Notes: generated by a model not told the origin, from the sequence alone. Numbered from the stretch's first letter, positions 18,735-29,505 are shown. The stretch is DNA of 64,000 nucleotides from a bacterium (GCA_030247525.1 JAOTSC010000002.1:571-64570), one strand, 5' to 3'. Program-made: numbers and translations.

Positions 18735-20381
18735 ATGGAGCGATTCTCAATGTTTTTGAAAAAACATCTTTTCATAGCGATTGCGGTGGTATGCGCATTG
18801 ACTTCTGTTGCCCTTTCGGAAGTAAATGAGCTTCAAGCTCCGCACGATGCGACGAACGCGATGGCATGCGCCAGTTGCCACGTACCTTATAATACAGTGC
18901 CACAACCGGTTCCGGAGAATTGGTTAACCACTTCGGTTTGCCAAAGCTGCCATACCAGCGGTGGTGTTGCTTCCAACATGAAAACTCACGTCGCCAATGC
19001 CGATACCGTATGGTGCCAGACTTGCCACGATCCGCACATGCACCAGACGACGTATCCCCGTTGGTATGTCAAGAATCAGATCATCACTCCGAATAGCGGC
19101 GCTCGTCCGTCGGTAATTCGTGATTCGCTTGACCTGATGCACGGCGCCACTGGTGTGGTTCAACCCTATGATGGTGTTTGTGAAACCTGCCACACTACTA
19201 CCCCGATTTTCCGCAACAATGCTTCGGGTCTGCACCCGACTACTGCTGCGTTGATGACCCATGAAGGTTCGGACAAGTGCACGAACTGTCACCAGCACAA
19301 GAACGGCTTCCAGTCTTCGACCAGTGCAAACACCTGTTTCGCTTGCCACTCCGCTTCCACGAATTCAGTCCGCGATACATCGTTGCATTACACCGCGTCG
19401 AATATGTACAGCCGTTTCGATACGCTGCGCACCACTTCTCACCCGGTTCGCAAGCTCTATGACAATGGACGCTTTGTGTTCGCCAAGGTGGAAGGCAATG
19501 CCGCAATCACGACCAAACTACTTCGTACGCCGTCATGGTTTTCTGGTACATCTTTAACCAGTTCATCCATGATCACCTGTACGGATTGCCACGGTGACTC
19601 TGCCGCAACCGCTTCGAAGGGTATGCATGGCTTGAGCTATCCAATGATGGAAGAGACGACCGCAGTTGCACTTCAGTTGCGTGCCAGTTTACGCCTCGGT
19701 ATGAATCAGGAATACGGTCCCAACTACGATCTGACTGGTAACGCTCTGTGCTATGCTTGCCATACCCCGGAATACTATCGACTGAGCGCTTCTGCTCGTC
19801 CGACCGGTTTCATGCGTTCAGACTCGAATCGTTGGTCCCGTCACTATTCGCACGTCGTGTACCACAATGCGAATACTCAGGAACGTCAGGAAAACTGCGT
19901 GACTTGTCACGGTGTCCATGGTGGCGCCACGACAGCACAAGATACTACGTTCCCAATAAATCGTGCATACGGTCGCACAGGCTTAATCCGTTGGTCGAAG
20001 CAAGCAACCGGTTTGGTGTTTGAACACGGTCAGACTGGTCCGGACTCCATTACCGTTCCAGACTCTACCTTGAAGACTGCGTTAACCGGCGGTTCGCCGC
20101 AAATCGCAACTGGTTATAAATCAGCTGCGTACGGATATTTCAAGTTCAAGAACAAGACCTATGATCGCACAATTCCACCGTTGTTACAAACAATGTGGAA
20201 TCTACGAGATACCGCTATCGTGAACGTAGCTGGTGATACCATTGCTGATTACTACCTTGGCTTCTGCTACGTCAATTGCCATACTGGTAAGGATCTTCCA
20301 ATGGTTGCTGGTGACACAGTTGGTACAAAGCATCCGAATAATCACTACGGTCGCTCTGTTTCCTATCGCATTTGGCGATAA
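18735..20381 (+). CDS. Multiheme c-type cytochrome with 9 CxxCH plus 1 CxxxCH motif
   Basis: Signal peptide. CASCH, CQSCH, CQTCH, CETCH, CTNCH, CFACH, CTDCH, CYACH, CVTCH and C-terminal CYVNCH (CX3CH). Confidence 0.8.
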   Translation: MERFSMFLKKHLFIAIAVVCALTSVALSEVNELQAPHDATNAMACASCHVPYNTVPQPVPENWLTTSVCQSCHTSGGVASNMKTHVANADTVWCQTCHDPHMHQTTYPRWYVKNQIITPNSGARPSVIRDSLDLMHGATGVVQPYDGVCETCHTTTPIFRNNASGLHPTTAALMTHEGSDKCTNCHQHKNGFQSSTSANTCFACHSASTNSVRDTSLHYTASNMYSRFDTLRTTSHPVRKLYDNGRFVFAKVEGNAAITTKLLRTPSWFSGTSLTSSSMITCTDCHGDSAATASKGMHGLSYPMMEETTAVALQLRASLRLGMNQEYGPNYDLTGNALCYACHTPEYYRLSASARPTGFMRSDSNRWSRHYSHVVYHNANTQERQENCVTCHGVHGGATTAQDTTFPINRAYGRTGLIRWSKQATGLVFEHGQTGPDSITVPDSTLKTALTGGSPQIATGYKSAAYGYFKFKNKTYDRTIPPLLQTMWNLRDTAIVNVAGDTIADYYLGFCYVNCHTGKDLPMVAGDTVGTKHPNNHYGRSVSYRIWR

Positions 20382-20412
20382 TTCGCACTACTTTGTTGTA
20401 ACTTTCTAAAAG

Positions 20413-20442
20413 CAGGGTATCGGGCAACCGATACCCTGTTTT
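20413..20442 (+). terminator. Rho-independent terminator after the 10-heme cytochrome gene
   Basis: CAGGGTATCGG-gcaa-CCGATACCCTG followed by TTTTA. Confidence 0.5.
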
Positions 20443-20492
20443 ACATGGATTTGTTCCCACAAGTGATAAAGCAGTATTGATGCAAAGGAACG

Positions 20493-20508
20493 TGGGTGTT
20501 ACATTGCA
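20493..20508 (+). promoter_or_regulatory. Possible sigma-54-type promoter upstream of the NHL lipoprotein gene
   Basis: TGGgtg-ttaca-TTGCA with GG-N10-GC spacing, ~70 nt upstream of ATG 20577. Weaker match than the other two. Confidence 0.3.
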
Positions 20509-20576
20509 GTTCATGTTATGAAGGTATCGTTTCGGAGCTGACGACTCCACATCCATTTTGACGGGAGTTACTCGTA

Positions 20577-21626
20577 ATGAATCCGGCAAAGACTTTTTTG
20601 CTTTTCACCTTGTTTACCTCACTCACACTTTTTTCTGTGGGTTGCGCTCCCAAACAGGCAATCAAACCCGATTTAGTCTGGCCGTCGGCACCGGAAAAGC
20701 CAAGGATAAAATTTCTACGAAGCATCCAAGGTAAGAGCGATTTCACTACATCCAAGATGGATGCTTTCAAGAAGACGTTAGCGGGTGAAACATCATTAGA
20801 ACGGGTAGTGAAGCCCTACGGATTAGCGATTGACAGCAAGGGACGCCTACTTGTAGCTGATGCCGGAAATCGTTGTGTGTTGGTGTTCGATGAGAATGCG
20901 AAGAAATCAGGCGACATCCTCACTTATATCGGAACAAGCGGTGCCGGTCAATTGACAGAGCCGGCAGGAGTTGCGGTCGACGATGAGGATCGAGTTTACG
21001 TGACCGATGTTCGACTAAATGCAGTGTTTGTTTTCGATGCAGAAGGAAACTTACTTCGCAATATCAAAGACACAGTAGCGTTTCAACGTCCTGCAGGTAT
21101 CGCCTATAACAAAGTCACACAGGAGATTATCGTCGTCGATACGAAAGCGTATCACGCGAAATGCTTTCGGAAAGATGGCTCGTTCGTTCGGACGATTGGA
21201 ACAAAAGGAAGCCGGGAAGGTGAGTTTAATCTTCCCAGTAACATCGTTTGTGACACCGATGGGTACATTTATATCGTCGATACAATGAATTTCCGGGTAC
21301 AGGTTTTCGATAAAGATGGTAAATTTGTTTCGACCTTTGGACAAGCGGACAACGTACCCGGCAGTTTTTCGCGGCCACGTGGCATCACTGTCGACAGCGA
21401 TAACAACATCTATGTCGCCGACGCGGCTTTCGATAACATACAGATATTTCAGCGTGACGGGTCATTGCTTTTATACTTCGGGGCGGCTGGTAAAGGGGAT
21501 GGACAGTTTCAGTTACCGGCGGGTTTATGTTTCGATCAAAAAAACCGCTTGTATGTCGCCGACCAGTACAATGGTCGGGTACAGGTTTTCCAATACATCC
21601 AATACAAAGCGGAAACGGGCAAATAG
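20577..21626 (+). CDS. NHL-repeat lipoprotein (paralog of 7089..8159)
   Basis: Lipobox (FSVGC). Six NHL-like repeats. C-terminus ...RVQVFQYIQYKAETGK parallels the paralog. Confidence 0.7.
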   Translation: MNPAKTFLLFTLFTSLTLFSVGCAPKQAIKPDLVWPSAPEKPRIKFLRSIQGKSDFTTSKMDAFKKTLAGETSLERVVKPYGLAIDSKGRLLVADAGNRCVLVFDENAKKSGDILTYIGTSGAGQLTEPAGVAVDDEDRVYVTDVRLNAVFVFDAEGNLLRNIKDTVAFQRPAGIAYNKVTQEIIVVDTKAYHAKCFRKDGSFVRTIGTKGSREGEFNLPSNIVCDTDGYIYIVDTMNFRVQVFDKDGKFVSTFGQADNVPGSFSRPRGITVDSDNNIYVADAAFDNIQIFQRDGSLLLYFGAAGKGDGQFQLPAGLCFDQKNRLYVADQYNGRVQVFQYIQYKAETGK

Positions 21627-21640
21627 TCTTTAGTACTACT

Positions 21641-23017
21641 CTATTCTTCCAGTTTCTTTCGCTGTCGGGTTTGGAATAAGACCACTGTGAGACCGACCAT
21701 TAAAACGATACAACCGGCGTACACAATGGTGGTTCCCGGGTCGTAGGATACGGTAAACACCGATATTTTCGGCGGTCCGGGTATCACGCTGTATTGGTAG
21801 ATTTTCCAACCGTGATACGTTAACGGCGCGTTCATTTCGATGTCATACGCGAAGGAACTCGCCGATCCCTCATTCACCGTCACCTCACTCGAGATCCCTG
21901 CAGCGATTTTGTTGCCGGGATAATACTTCTGATTGACTTTGTTTAGACGTAGTGCAAATCCCAATTCATCGGTGTGGGAAGTCAAACGAAACAGAACATC
22001 GTTGTGGTTAGAAGCGAGTTCCGAATTCTTCTTCATCCAGAATGCATTTGATCGCCCGCCCGTAGGATCTTCGATTCGGAATTTTAATGCAAACTCGCCT
22101 TCGCCGCTTTTTGCCGGGACAAAATTCCTCATCTGCACCGCAAAACTCTCTAAGGAGCGTACCGTAACGGTATTGATACTGTCAAGTACCAGTTTCTGTC
22201 CAAGCGAAATCGGTTGCAGAATGGGCTGTGGCGCATGGACGGCGAGATAGGATAAATCGGATTCGGTTGCAACCAGTAAATAATCTGCAGGCGCTTCCAG
22301 CAGATAGGACATATCCATTTTATCGCGGGGAACAAAGGCGAACAGCAGTTTTTTGCCATTCGGCAACATGACTTCGCCATCCGGTCCATCGCCACACCAC
22401 AATTGCTTATCGACTTCTTTTCCCAGTGCTTCCAACGTTACATCAATGAGCGGTACACCGGTTGGATCGGAGACGTAGGTGAGTTTTCCCACTCCCGATG
22501 GGAGGTAGCGGAGTAGTTCGATCCGGCCTTTATTGAAGGGGAGGTCGATACGTTTCGGTCGTCCGTCTTCTGAGCGCGGAATTGTCTCAAAGCGAAGCGG
22601 TAACACCGCCGAACGACCATCGGATAACTGAACTTCCAGTTGATAAGAGTTGCGGTTGAGTAGCCTTGTTGACTCGCCTTCCGCTAACTTAATTGTTCCC
22701 TCGATACTGTATTCCCGACTGATAACCGCACCAATTAACACGACAAGTACACCGGTATGAGTCATCAACCACCCGATTTGCCCGATCCGATAGGGAAACC
22801 GTTGTACGGTACATGCGATGAGATTGACTGCTAATAAACCCAACAGAAAGTCAAACCAGATGCTATGGTAGATGTCGAGTTGTGCCAGCAAAGTTCCTGC
22901 CGTTGCTTCATACGCAGTCCCGGTCATCATCGCAAGCGCAATGACGACGAGCAGGACAATCGTCAACTGGATCGAGGCAAGAAAGCGATAAATCTTGGCA
23001 AGCAATGTTACTCCCAT
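21641..23017 (-). CDS. ResB/CcsB-like cytochrome c biogenesis (System II) protein
   Basis: ResB-like topology: three N-terminal TM helices, a large periplasmic domain, and a C-terminal TM (TIVYAGCIVLMVGLTVVLFQ). N-terminus resembles ResB (..IVLLVVIALAMMTGT...). No ccsA/resC partner in the window. Confidence 0.5.
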   Translation of the reverse strand: MGVTLLAKIYRFLASIQLTIVLLVVIALAMMTGTAYEATAGTLLAQLDIYHSIWFDFLLGLLAVNLIACTVQRFPYRIGQIGWLMTHTGVLVVLIGAVISREYSIEGTIKLAEGESTRLLNRNSYQLEVQLSDGRSAVLPLRFETIPRSEDGRPKRIDLPFNKGRIELLRYLPSGVGKLTYVSDPTGVPLIDVTLEALGKEVDKQLWCGDGPDGEVMLPNGKKLLFAFVPRDKMDMSYLLEAPADYLLVATESDLSYLAVHAPQPILQPISLGQKLVLDSINTVTVRSLESFAVQMRNFVPAKSGEGEFALKFRIEDPTGGRSNAFWMKKNSELASNHNDVLFRLTSHTDELGFALRLNKVNQKYYPGNKIAAGISSEVTVNEGSASSFAYDIEMNAPLTYHGWKIYQYSVIPGPPKISVFTVSYDPGTTIVYAGCIVLMVGLTVVLFQTRQRKKLEE

Positions 23018-23373
23018 GACGGTTTACGTCGATTCGACAATAGGTGCAGCTGGCTGCTTGGCACAAGGTCGTGATTATTTGTCAACAAATCCAGTCGCTG
23101 ATTTCACAACCAATTGCTATCAGAAGCACAGCCGGCAACGGTAGATAGGATTAGCAGATACCGTACCAAAGCTTTGTCAGTGGTTGTTTGACTCTGGCTA
23201 ATCCCGAGTTACATACGTAAACATCGGCTCGGTAGTATTTCTGCAACTTTTCGATGATTTAGCACCTCACACTGGTAAGAATCTGTGATTGCAACTTCGT
23301 TTGTGGCGAAATGTTTTTTTCTCGCAAACGGAGTTCAATTGCAATGAGAACCAATTGCAATCGTGAGGATGTC

Positions 23374-25533
23374 ATGACACACTGGATACGCTACTTAACA
23401 GTTTGTTGCATCGCGCTCGGAATTCTCTGCTCGAGCAGTTTTTCCACATCGGCGCCGTTGGGTGAGATTACCGCTTTGCGAGTCGATCACCCACCGAAAC
23501 TGGATGGGGTACTGAATGACCCAGTGTGGCAACAAGCACAGTTGGTGGGGGATTTCATCCAGCAAATGCAGAAAACCGGCGAGCCGGCGACCGAGCGTAC
23601 CGAGTTCCGGGTTATCTATACCGACCGGGCGCTTTATATCGGTGCGACTTGTTACGATAGTGAACCGGATAAGGTCACTGCCCACTCGATGGCGCGTGAT
23701 TTCAGTATTTATTCGGATGATGTCTTCGCCGTTGTTTTGGATACTTACTTCGATCACTCGAATAGTTTCTTCTTTTGCACCAATGCGAATGCTGCCTTAT
23801 ACGATGCGCAGTGCGAGCAGGATGGAAATATTGTGAATGACCGCTGGAACGGAGTGTGGGATTGTCGGTCGACCAGGCATTCCCAAGGCTTTACGCTTGA
23901 AATCGAAATTCCCTTTTCGACGTTGCGGTTTCCCGATAAACCGGAACAAGTTTGGGGATTGAACATCGAGCGGGATATTCAACGGCGTCAGGAAGTCACA
24001 ACATGGCAACCGGTATTGCCAAATGAATTTATCGCGGCAGCTTCCCGATGTGGAAAATTGGTAGGACTCAAGGACATCAAGCGGGGAGGTGATATCGAAA
24101 TCAAACCGTATGGTGTGGCGGGAATTAGCGAATTAAATACCCCAACCGGTGACGGTCAAACTACTTTGACGAAAGCCGGTGTAAATGCCAAGTTTCCGGT
24201 AACTTCCCGCATGACAGTCGATGTGACCATCAATCCCGATTTCGCACAAATCGAAGACGATCAAGCGGTTGTGAATCTAACGCGATTTCCGCTCTTTTTA
24301 TCGGAGCGACGTGAGTTCTTTTTAGAGAGCGAGGCGAACTTCGGATTCAACACCAGTAGCAACAATCCGGTGTTCTATAGCCGCCGCATCGGTTTGTACC
24401 AAGGAAAAGCGGTTCCTATCATTGGCGGCGTCCGGTTGGTTGGACGAACCGATAAGTATACGGTTGGTTTTCTCGATATGGAAACCGATAAAAAATATGG
24501 ACAGCCAAACACAAACTTCGCCGTAGCACGGTTTAAGCGGATTCTGCCAAACGGTTCTTACATCGGTATCATCGGGACGAATAAAGAGCAGCCGGAACAT
24601 TTCAACCGGACGTTTGGTTCCGATGCCCATTTCCGGTTCTGGAATGCGAATCGAACGATTGCCTATGGCGGCGGTGGGGCAGTCGCATTTTCCCATACGA
24701 ACAACATTCCCAACGAACACAATGCTTGCTATCGCGGATATCTCGAGTACCCCAACGACCGGTTGAATGCGCAGGTTTCGTTTCGGCGGGTCGAACGCAA
24801 TTACAATCCCGAATTGGGGTATGTGATTCGCTACGGCGATGCGCTTGCTGGTTCGCTGGTGCGTTCGTGGCGGCGGCAGAATTCATGGTTCTACTCGTTT
24901 TCAGTAACGCCCGTTTCGGTAACCAGGATTTGGGATCTTGACCATGAATTGGAATCGGAGAATTACTCGGTTACGCCGTTTCGTGTAACATTCAACGATT
25001 TATCGTCGTTACAATGGTCGGTTACCCGGGCGTATGACCGGGTTGATTATCCTTATCCTTTGGCGGGTTCGGTGGTTATTCCAGTTGGGAAATTTTGGTC
25101 GACCACCTCGAGTTTGAATTTCAATTCTAATGTCACTCGCACATTTTTTGGCGGATTCGGATTAGAGGGGGGCGATTTTTACGCCGGTGAGTATAAATCG
25201 TACTCGACCTATGGTGGATTCCGGGTCGATCCTCATTTCTCCTTCGATTGTTCTTATAAATTGACCGAAATCGATTTCGACGATGGGAAAGCGAACACGA
25301 TCGAAGTCACCTCCGGTGCGGCGTATGCGTTTAGTACCCATTGGCAGACGACCCTTTATTCACAATGGAACAACGAAGATAAAAACTTGGGTTTGAATTA
25401 TCGGCTGCACTGGATTCCATCGGCGGGGAACGACGTATATCTCGCTTACAACAATCGGATAACCACTGAAGATAAGTTGAAGAGTGAAGAGTCCACGGTA
25501 CTACTCAAAGCTGTGTATCGTTTTGTCATTTGA
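23374..25533 (+). CDS. Secreted DUF5916-like protein with N-terminal CBM9-like domain
   Basis: Signal peptide starting at the internal Met (MTHWIRYLTVCCIALGILCSSSFSTSA). LDGVLNDPVWQQAQ motif typical of CBM9-like/DUF5916 proteins. Beta-rich ~700-aa body. Start may be 23311. Confidence 0.45.
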   Translation: MTHWIRYLTVCCIALGILCSSSFSTSAPLGEITALRVDHPPKLDGVLNDPVWQQAQLVGDFIQQMQKTGEPATERTEFRVIYTDRALYIGATCYDSEPDKVTAHSMARDFSIYSDDVFAVVLDTYFDHSNSFFFCTNANAALYDAQCEQDGNIVNDRWNGVWDCRSTRHSQGFTLEIEIPFSTLRFPDKPEQVWGLNIERDIQRRQEVTTWQPVLPNEFIAAASRCGKLVGLKDIKRGGDIEIKPYGVAGISELNTPTGDGQTTLTKAGVNAKFPVTSRMTVDVTINPDFAQIEDDQAVVNLTRFPLFLSERREFFLESEANFGFNTSSNNPVFYSRRIGLYQGKAVPIIGGVRLVGRTDKYTVGFLDMETDKKYGQPNTNFAVARFKRILPNGSYIGIIGTNKEQPEHFNRTFGSDAHFRFWNANRTIAYGGGGAVAFSHTNNIPNEHNACYRGYLEYPNDRLNAQVSFRRVERNYNPELGYVIRYGDALAGSLVRSWRRQNSWFYSFSVTPVSVTRIWDLDHELESENYSVTPFRVTFNDLSSLQWSVTRAYDRVDYPYPLAGSVVIPVGKFWSTTSSLNFNSNVTRTFFGGFGLEGGDFYAGEYKSYSTYGGFRVDPHFSFDCSYKLTEIDFDDGKANTIEVTSGAAYAFSTHWQTTLYSQWNNEDKNLGLNYRLHWIPSAGNDVYLAYNNRITTEDKLKSEESTVLLKAVYRFVI

Positions 25534-25541
25534 GTTCCCGG

Positions 25542-25799
25542 TCACTGTAACGTTGGATGATAGGTTGAAAAAGTCGGGTGTCCTTTGTGGCAATTTTGGT
25601 GATTGGTCCGAATCACAGCCATAAAGTCACCCGGTTTTGTTAGGAACATTAATCGTGACTCGATCACTAGCCCGGTGTACTTTTGGGTACGCCAGTTATG
25701 GAAAAAGTGTTCTTTGTGATAGATACTGAGCTGTTCGATGGGGTTCAGTTCGGATGAGTGATTCGGCAGATACTTCGGTTCAATGTGATGGCATTGCAA
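25542..25799 (-). pseudogene. IS630/Tc1-mariner family transposase relic (C-terminal fragment only)
   Basis: LPNHSSELNPIEQLS matches the hallmark (Y)SP(D/E)LNPIE(H/Q)LW motif and the C-terminal tail of IS630 DDE transposases. The remaining ~250 aa are missing. Adjacent 25800-26390 is AT-rich and ORF-poor, consistent with a decayed element. Confidence 0.55.
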
Positions 25800-26393
25800 C
25801 GACTTAACTTTGTGCCATCAGCATTTGAAGACTGTAATTGCTGATGGCTTCTACCAGTTCAGTTAAATTGACATTTTCGGGGATTAATCGATCTGCCGCA
25901 TTAAGAAAGCTAAACAACGCATGTGTGATTATTAAATCACATATCGGAAAAGTCAATGTGTTATGCCAAAACCTCCAATTGAAATGCTTGCTTATCGTTC
26001 CTACTACGTATCACTATTGTAATCGATCCTCACCATTGCAAAGTTTTGAAACAAACCGCGATCGACTTTTCTAAAAGTCTCGACGAAAGAAAACGCAAAT
26101 TTTATCGAAGTCAACTAACACAAGTCAGTTGACTAAGTCGCATGAAAAGTGTATTCGCGTTCATTTCATTCTATTGAATACATAGCTCTCAAACGAAAAA
26201 TTGGCATCTATGGCATGATTTGAAATTGGGATGGTTAAATAATGGAGTAGTGTCGGTTATCGGATCTATAATCCCCTCAATAAATTCTCTGAGAAGAGAA
26301 TTGTGAAAGTGTGACTTGAATCCGAATCATCGGAATTGAGTATGTATCAAACCTATCCAACACCAACGAAGGTTAAACAATCAAGGAGAAACC

Positions 26394-26786
26394 ATGAAAG
26401 GTTTCATTAATGACATCGAAGATCTCACGATTAGTAACATCGAATTTCGCCGGGTACTCTACACGGCAAAACAAATCCAACTTGTAGTGATGACATTGAA
26501 TCCCGGCGAAGAGATCGGTGAGGAAGTTCATGAAGGAGACCAATTCTTTCGAATCGAAGAGGGTTCAGGCGATGCGGTCCTCGACCATGTCCGAACGGAG
26601 ATTAAAGCAGGATTTTCTGTTGTGATACCCGCAGGAACGAAGCACAACATCATCAATACCAGTACTGTTCCGCTGAAGGTCTACACTCTGTATTCGCCGC
26701 CGCATCATCGGGATGGTGTTGTTCACCATACCCGTGCCGACGCAGATTCCGACCCGGAAGAGTTCGATGGTAAAACAACTGAATAG
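26394..26786 (+). CDS. Cupin-domain protein
   Basis: Cupin_2-like motifs (GEEIGEEVHEGDQFFRIEEGSG ... VIPAGTKHNIINTS). Confidence 0.65.
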   Translation: MKGFINDIEDLTISNIEFRRVLYTAKQIQLVVMTLNPGEEIGEEVHEGDQFFRIEEGSGDAVLDHVRTEIKAGFSVVIPAGTKHNIINTSTVPLKVYTLYSPPHHRDGVVHHTRADADSDPEEFDGKTTE

Positions 26787-27024
26787 TCGGTTGGTAATTG
26801 CAGTACTACCATAATCCTGAAGTCGATTCAACGGGTTTCTGGTAGCTCTCGGTCTCATGTTTCGCTGCTTTGTTCAGGTAGCCGGGGCTTTAGACCGCAC
26901 TGACACCAAATTCGAGATCGCAGGCAAAAGCCTGCGGCTACCATTTGAGTCAAAGTAATTCGTTAAAGGCTTACGCCCGCGGCTACCCATTCGTGAGTGA
27001 GATATCAGAAAGGAACAAACGCAA

Positions 27025-27426
27025 ATGAAGATTGAGGTATCCAAGAATGATGTAAACTCTTACTTGAGTAAACACCAACTAACAGCGATTGAGTTGTATC
27101 TTGATTCGATTAGCTCAGAAACAGTACATTTGAAAGCGACCGGAAGTATCCCATGCGTGCCAGTAAAAATCAGTTTCAATCTGATTCTCAAAAACTTGAC
27201 AGCTACGATGAAAGATGGATTGACGGGATCTTTTGCCATGGAAATTCCATTACTCTTGCGACCGTTTCGAAGTCTGATTGAGAGTTACATCCAAGGCAAA
27301 ACCACGCTGGTGAATTTTCAGACGAACCGGTTTTCCATTCCACTACCGATTGAACTTTGGAGCTACATTACAACAGTGACAATCGCTTTGTACCCAGATG
27401 AAGTCGTTCTAACCGGTGACTTTTAG
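27025..27426 (+). CDS. Hypothetical protein
   Basis: ORF only; no recognisable motif. Confidence 0.3.
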   Translation: MKIEVSKNDVNSYLSKHQLTAIELYLDSISSETVHLKATGSIPCVPVKISFNLILKNLTATMKDGLTGSFAMEIPLLLRPFRSLIESYIQGKTTLVNFQTNRFSIPLPIELWSYITTVTIALYPDEVVLTGDF

Positions 27427-27553
27427 CGTTACTGCTTAATCAAACTTTGTAGTACTTGTCGTCGAAGGAGCTACCCTTAAAACAACATCATAGTGTTCCT
27501 CAAAACTGGTAGCTGCAATTGCTATTCTATCAATAAACGAATCGTATCGATCT

Positions 27554-28402
27554 ATGCGTAATAAATGGGACATCGCAAGAAGTAACGCTTGGTCAATTGT
27601 AAAGTTCTCGTGGAGCCGGTTTTCCGAGATTGATGGAGCGCAGCGGGCAGGTGCTTTCGCCTACTACGCATTCTTCGCGTTGTTCCCGCTGATCATCCTG
27701 ATTGTTTCGATTGCTTCTTTATTTATTGACCGGGATCAGGCTGGTCATTCTGTACTCAACTTTATCCAGAGTTACATTGCAATCAGTGGAGACATGAAAC
27801 AACAGATCATTGACAACATAACCAGTGTGATCAATGCCCGTGGGCAGGCGGGAGCGATTGCGTTTCTGATGTTACTTTGGGTGTCGACACAATTTTTTAC
27901 CACAATGATATCTGCAACGAACAGGGCTTGGGGTAGTGAAGATTACAACTGGTGGAGAATGCCCTTCCGAAGTCTCATCTTGTTAGCAGTAACAGTTGGT
28001 TCCGTGTTTATGGGTACTGGAATCCCGATGTTAGTCCGAATGGTAAAAAATTGGATTTTACCCCAGCTTGCCCAAAACTGGGGATACAACTTACTTCTAT
28101 ACACGATTTCGTTGTCAGTAGTTTTTCTATGCATGCTTATGTTTTACAAGTTAGCTCCACGCCGATACACCCGGTTTTCTGAAGTTTGGTTACCTGCATT
28201 AATCGTTACTCTACTACTTCAATTGGGAGAAGCTTTGTTCATCGTGTACTTGAACAAGTTTTCAACATTTAATGCAGTTTATGGTACAACTGGCGGCGTA
28301 ATGGCGTTACTGCTATGGATTTATTTATCGGGGTGCATCTTCATTTTTGGTGCTTGCTTGTGTGCGGCACAAGCGGAAGGGAGGATTCAAATCAATCAAT
28401 AA
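27554..28402 (+). CDS. YihY/BrkB-family membrane protein
   Basis: GAFAYYAFFALFPLIILIVSI signature and six predicted TM helices. Confidence 0.7.
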   Translation: MRNKWDIARSNAWSIVKFSWSRFSEIDGAQRAGAFAYYAFFALFPLIILIVSIASLFIDRDQAGHSVLNFIQSYIAISGDMKQQIIDNITSVINARGQAGAIAFLMLLWVSTQFFTTMISATNRAWGSEDYNWWRMPFRSLILLAVTVGSVFMGTGIPMLVRMVKNWILPQLAQNWGYNLLLYTISLSVVFLCMLMFYKLAPRRYTRFSEVWLPALIVTLLLQLGEALFIVYLNKFSTFNAVYGTTGGVMALLLWIYLSGCIFIFGACLCAAQAEGRIQINQ

Positions 28403-28674
28403 TCACATGCGCCTCACATAAACAAAAAGCGTAATCTGTCATTTTCAAAATTGGTTTAAACCAATGCCACAGATAAATTATGGATAAAGCATTAGGCCTC
28501 CGAAGGTGGTTGGAATGAGATTGCTTTTCACAGGGGGAGGTTCAGTCAAAAAGAGGGGAGAACCTCATCGATCACAGATGATCAATTACTGAAAGCTGAA
28601 ATGATTCTACGAGGGTGGATTCACTACAAGAGTTTTCATCGAATTTTCTCAATTTAGTAGAGGGAGAATGAACC

Positions 28675-29505
28675 ATGCGAATAGTAATTGCATTATTTTC
28701 AATTCTTCTCATGATTAATATATTGCATGCCCAACCGACCCTCGAGTGGACATCGCCGACTGTACCGAGTACTGGGCAAGCGGGCTGGTTCTATTATACC
28801 GTCGATACATGGCGGTTCTATACGATGGATGGCACGAATCTACGGGTGATGTCCGGCCCGGAATCGAGTACTCCCGCCTTAACGATTCCGTTGCAGACCG
28901 GGGAGTACAACGCCTACTCCTACATCGAAGTAACCGGCGACGGGATATACGACATCGTGATTTTCAAATATGTGACAGTAGGCAGTAACATCAAGTTCTC
29001 ACTCCGAATCGTCGATCAAACGAATGGCGCGAATGTCATTACGTTCGACAATGCCAATTACTCCTATTTATTGAATACCGTCCTCGACATCGATCACGAT
29101 GGCTTCACCGAATTGGTAGTGGAACGTTCCCCCTTTCCCCCGGCTTCCCCTGACAATTTCAATTTTCTGGTCTACCAAACCAACGGGACTTCGGTCGAGC
29201 AACGTGAGATTCCCACTTTGCCACAGCAAATCGGTCTCGCGAATTATCCTAATCCCTTCAATCCTGCAACCAAGATTACTCTCACGCTGTCGCAACCGGC
29301 GTTGTCACTAACCGCCACGATTTACGATGTCAGTGGTAGGCGGATCAAACAACTGATGCTGGGACAACGGGTAGCAGGTACACACGAGATTGGGTGGGAT
29401 GGTACCGACGAGAACAACCTCCCGGTCGTCAGCGGTACCTACTTTTGCCAAATCAGTGAGGGAACTACTACCTTACAGGCACGTATGATGCAACTTGTTC
29501 GGTAG
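28675..29505 (+). CDS. Secreted FG-GAP-like protein with T9SS C-terminal sorting domain
   Basis: Signal peptide. GDGIYDIVIF / DHDGFTELVV FG-GAP-like motifs. C-terminal NYPNPFNPATKITLTL...IYDVSGRRIKQL (T9SS CTD). Confidence 0.6.
   Translation: MRIVIALFSILLMINILHAQPTLEWTSPTVPSTGQAGWFYYTVDTWRFYTMDGTNLRVMSGPESSTPALTIPLQTGEYNAYSYIEVTGDGIYDIVIFKYVTVGSNIKFSLRIVDQTNGANVITFDNANYSYLLNTVLDIDHDGFTELVVERSPFPPASPDNFNFLVYQTNGTSVEQREIPTLPQQIGLANYPNPFNPATKITLTLSQPALSLTATIYDVSGRRIKQLMLGQRVAGTHEIGWDGTDENNLPVVSGTYFCQISEGTTTLQARMMQLVR

Noticed and set aside
21933-22250. 105-aa +ORF inside the ResB-like gene
   Set aside because: It is antisense to and fully contained in a longer membrane-protein gene with a coherent topology.
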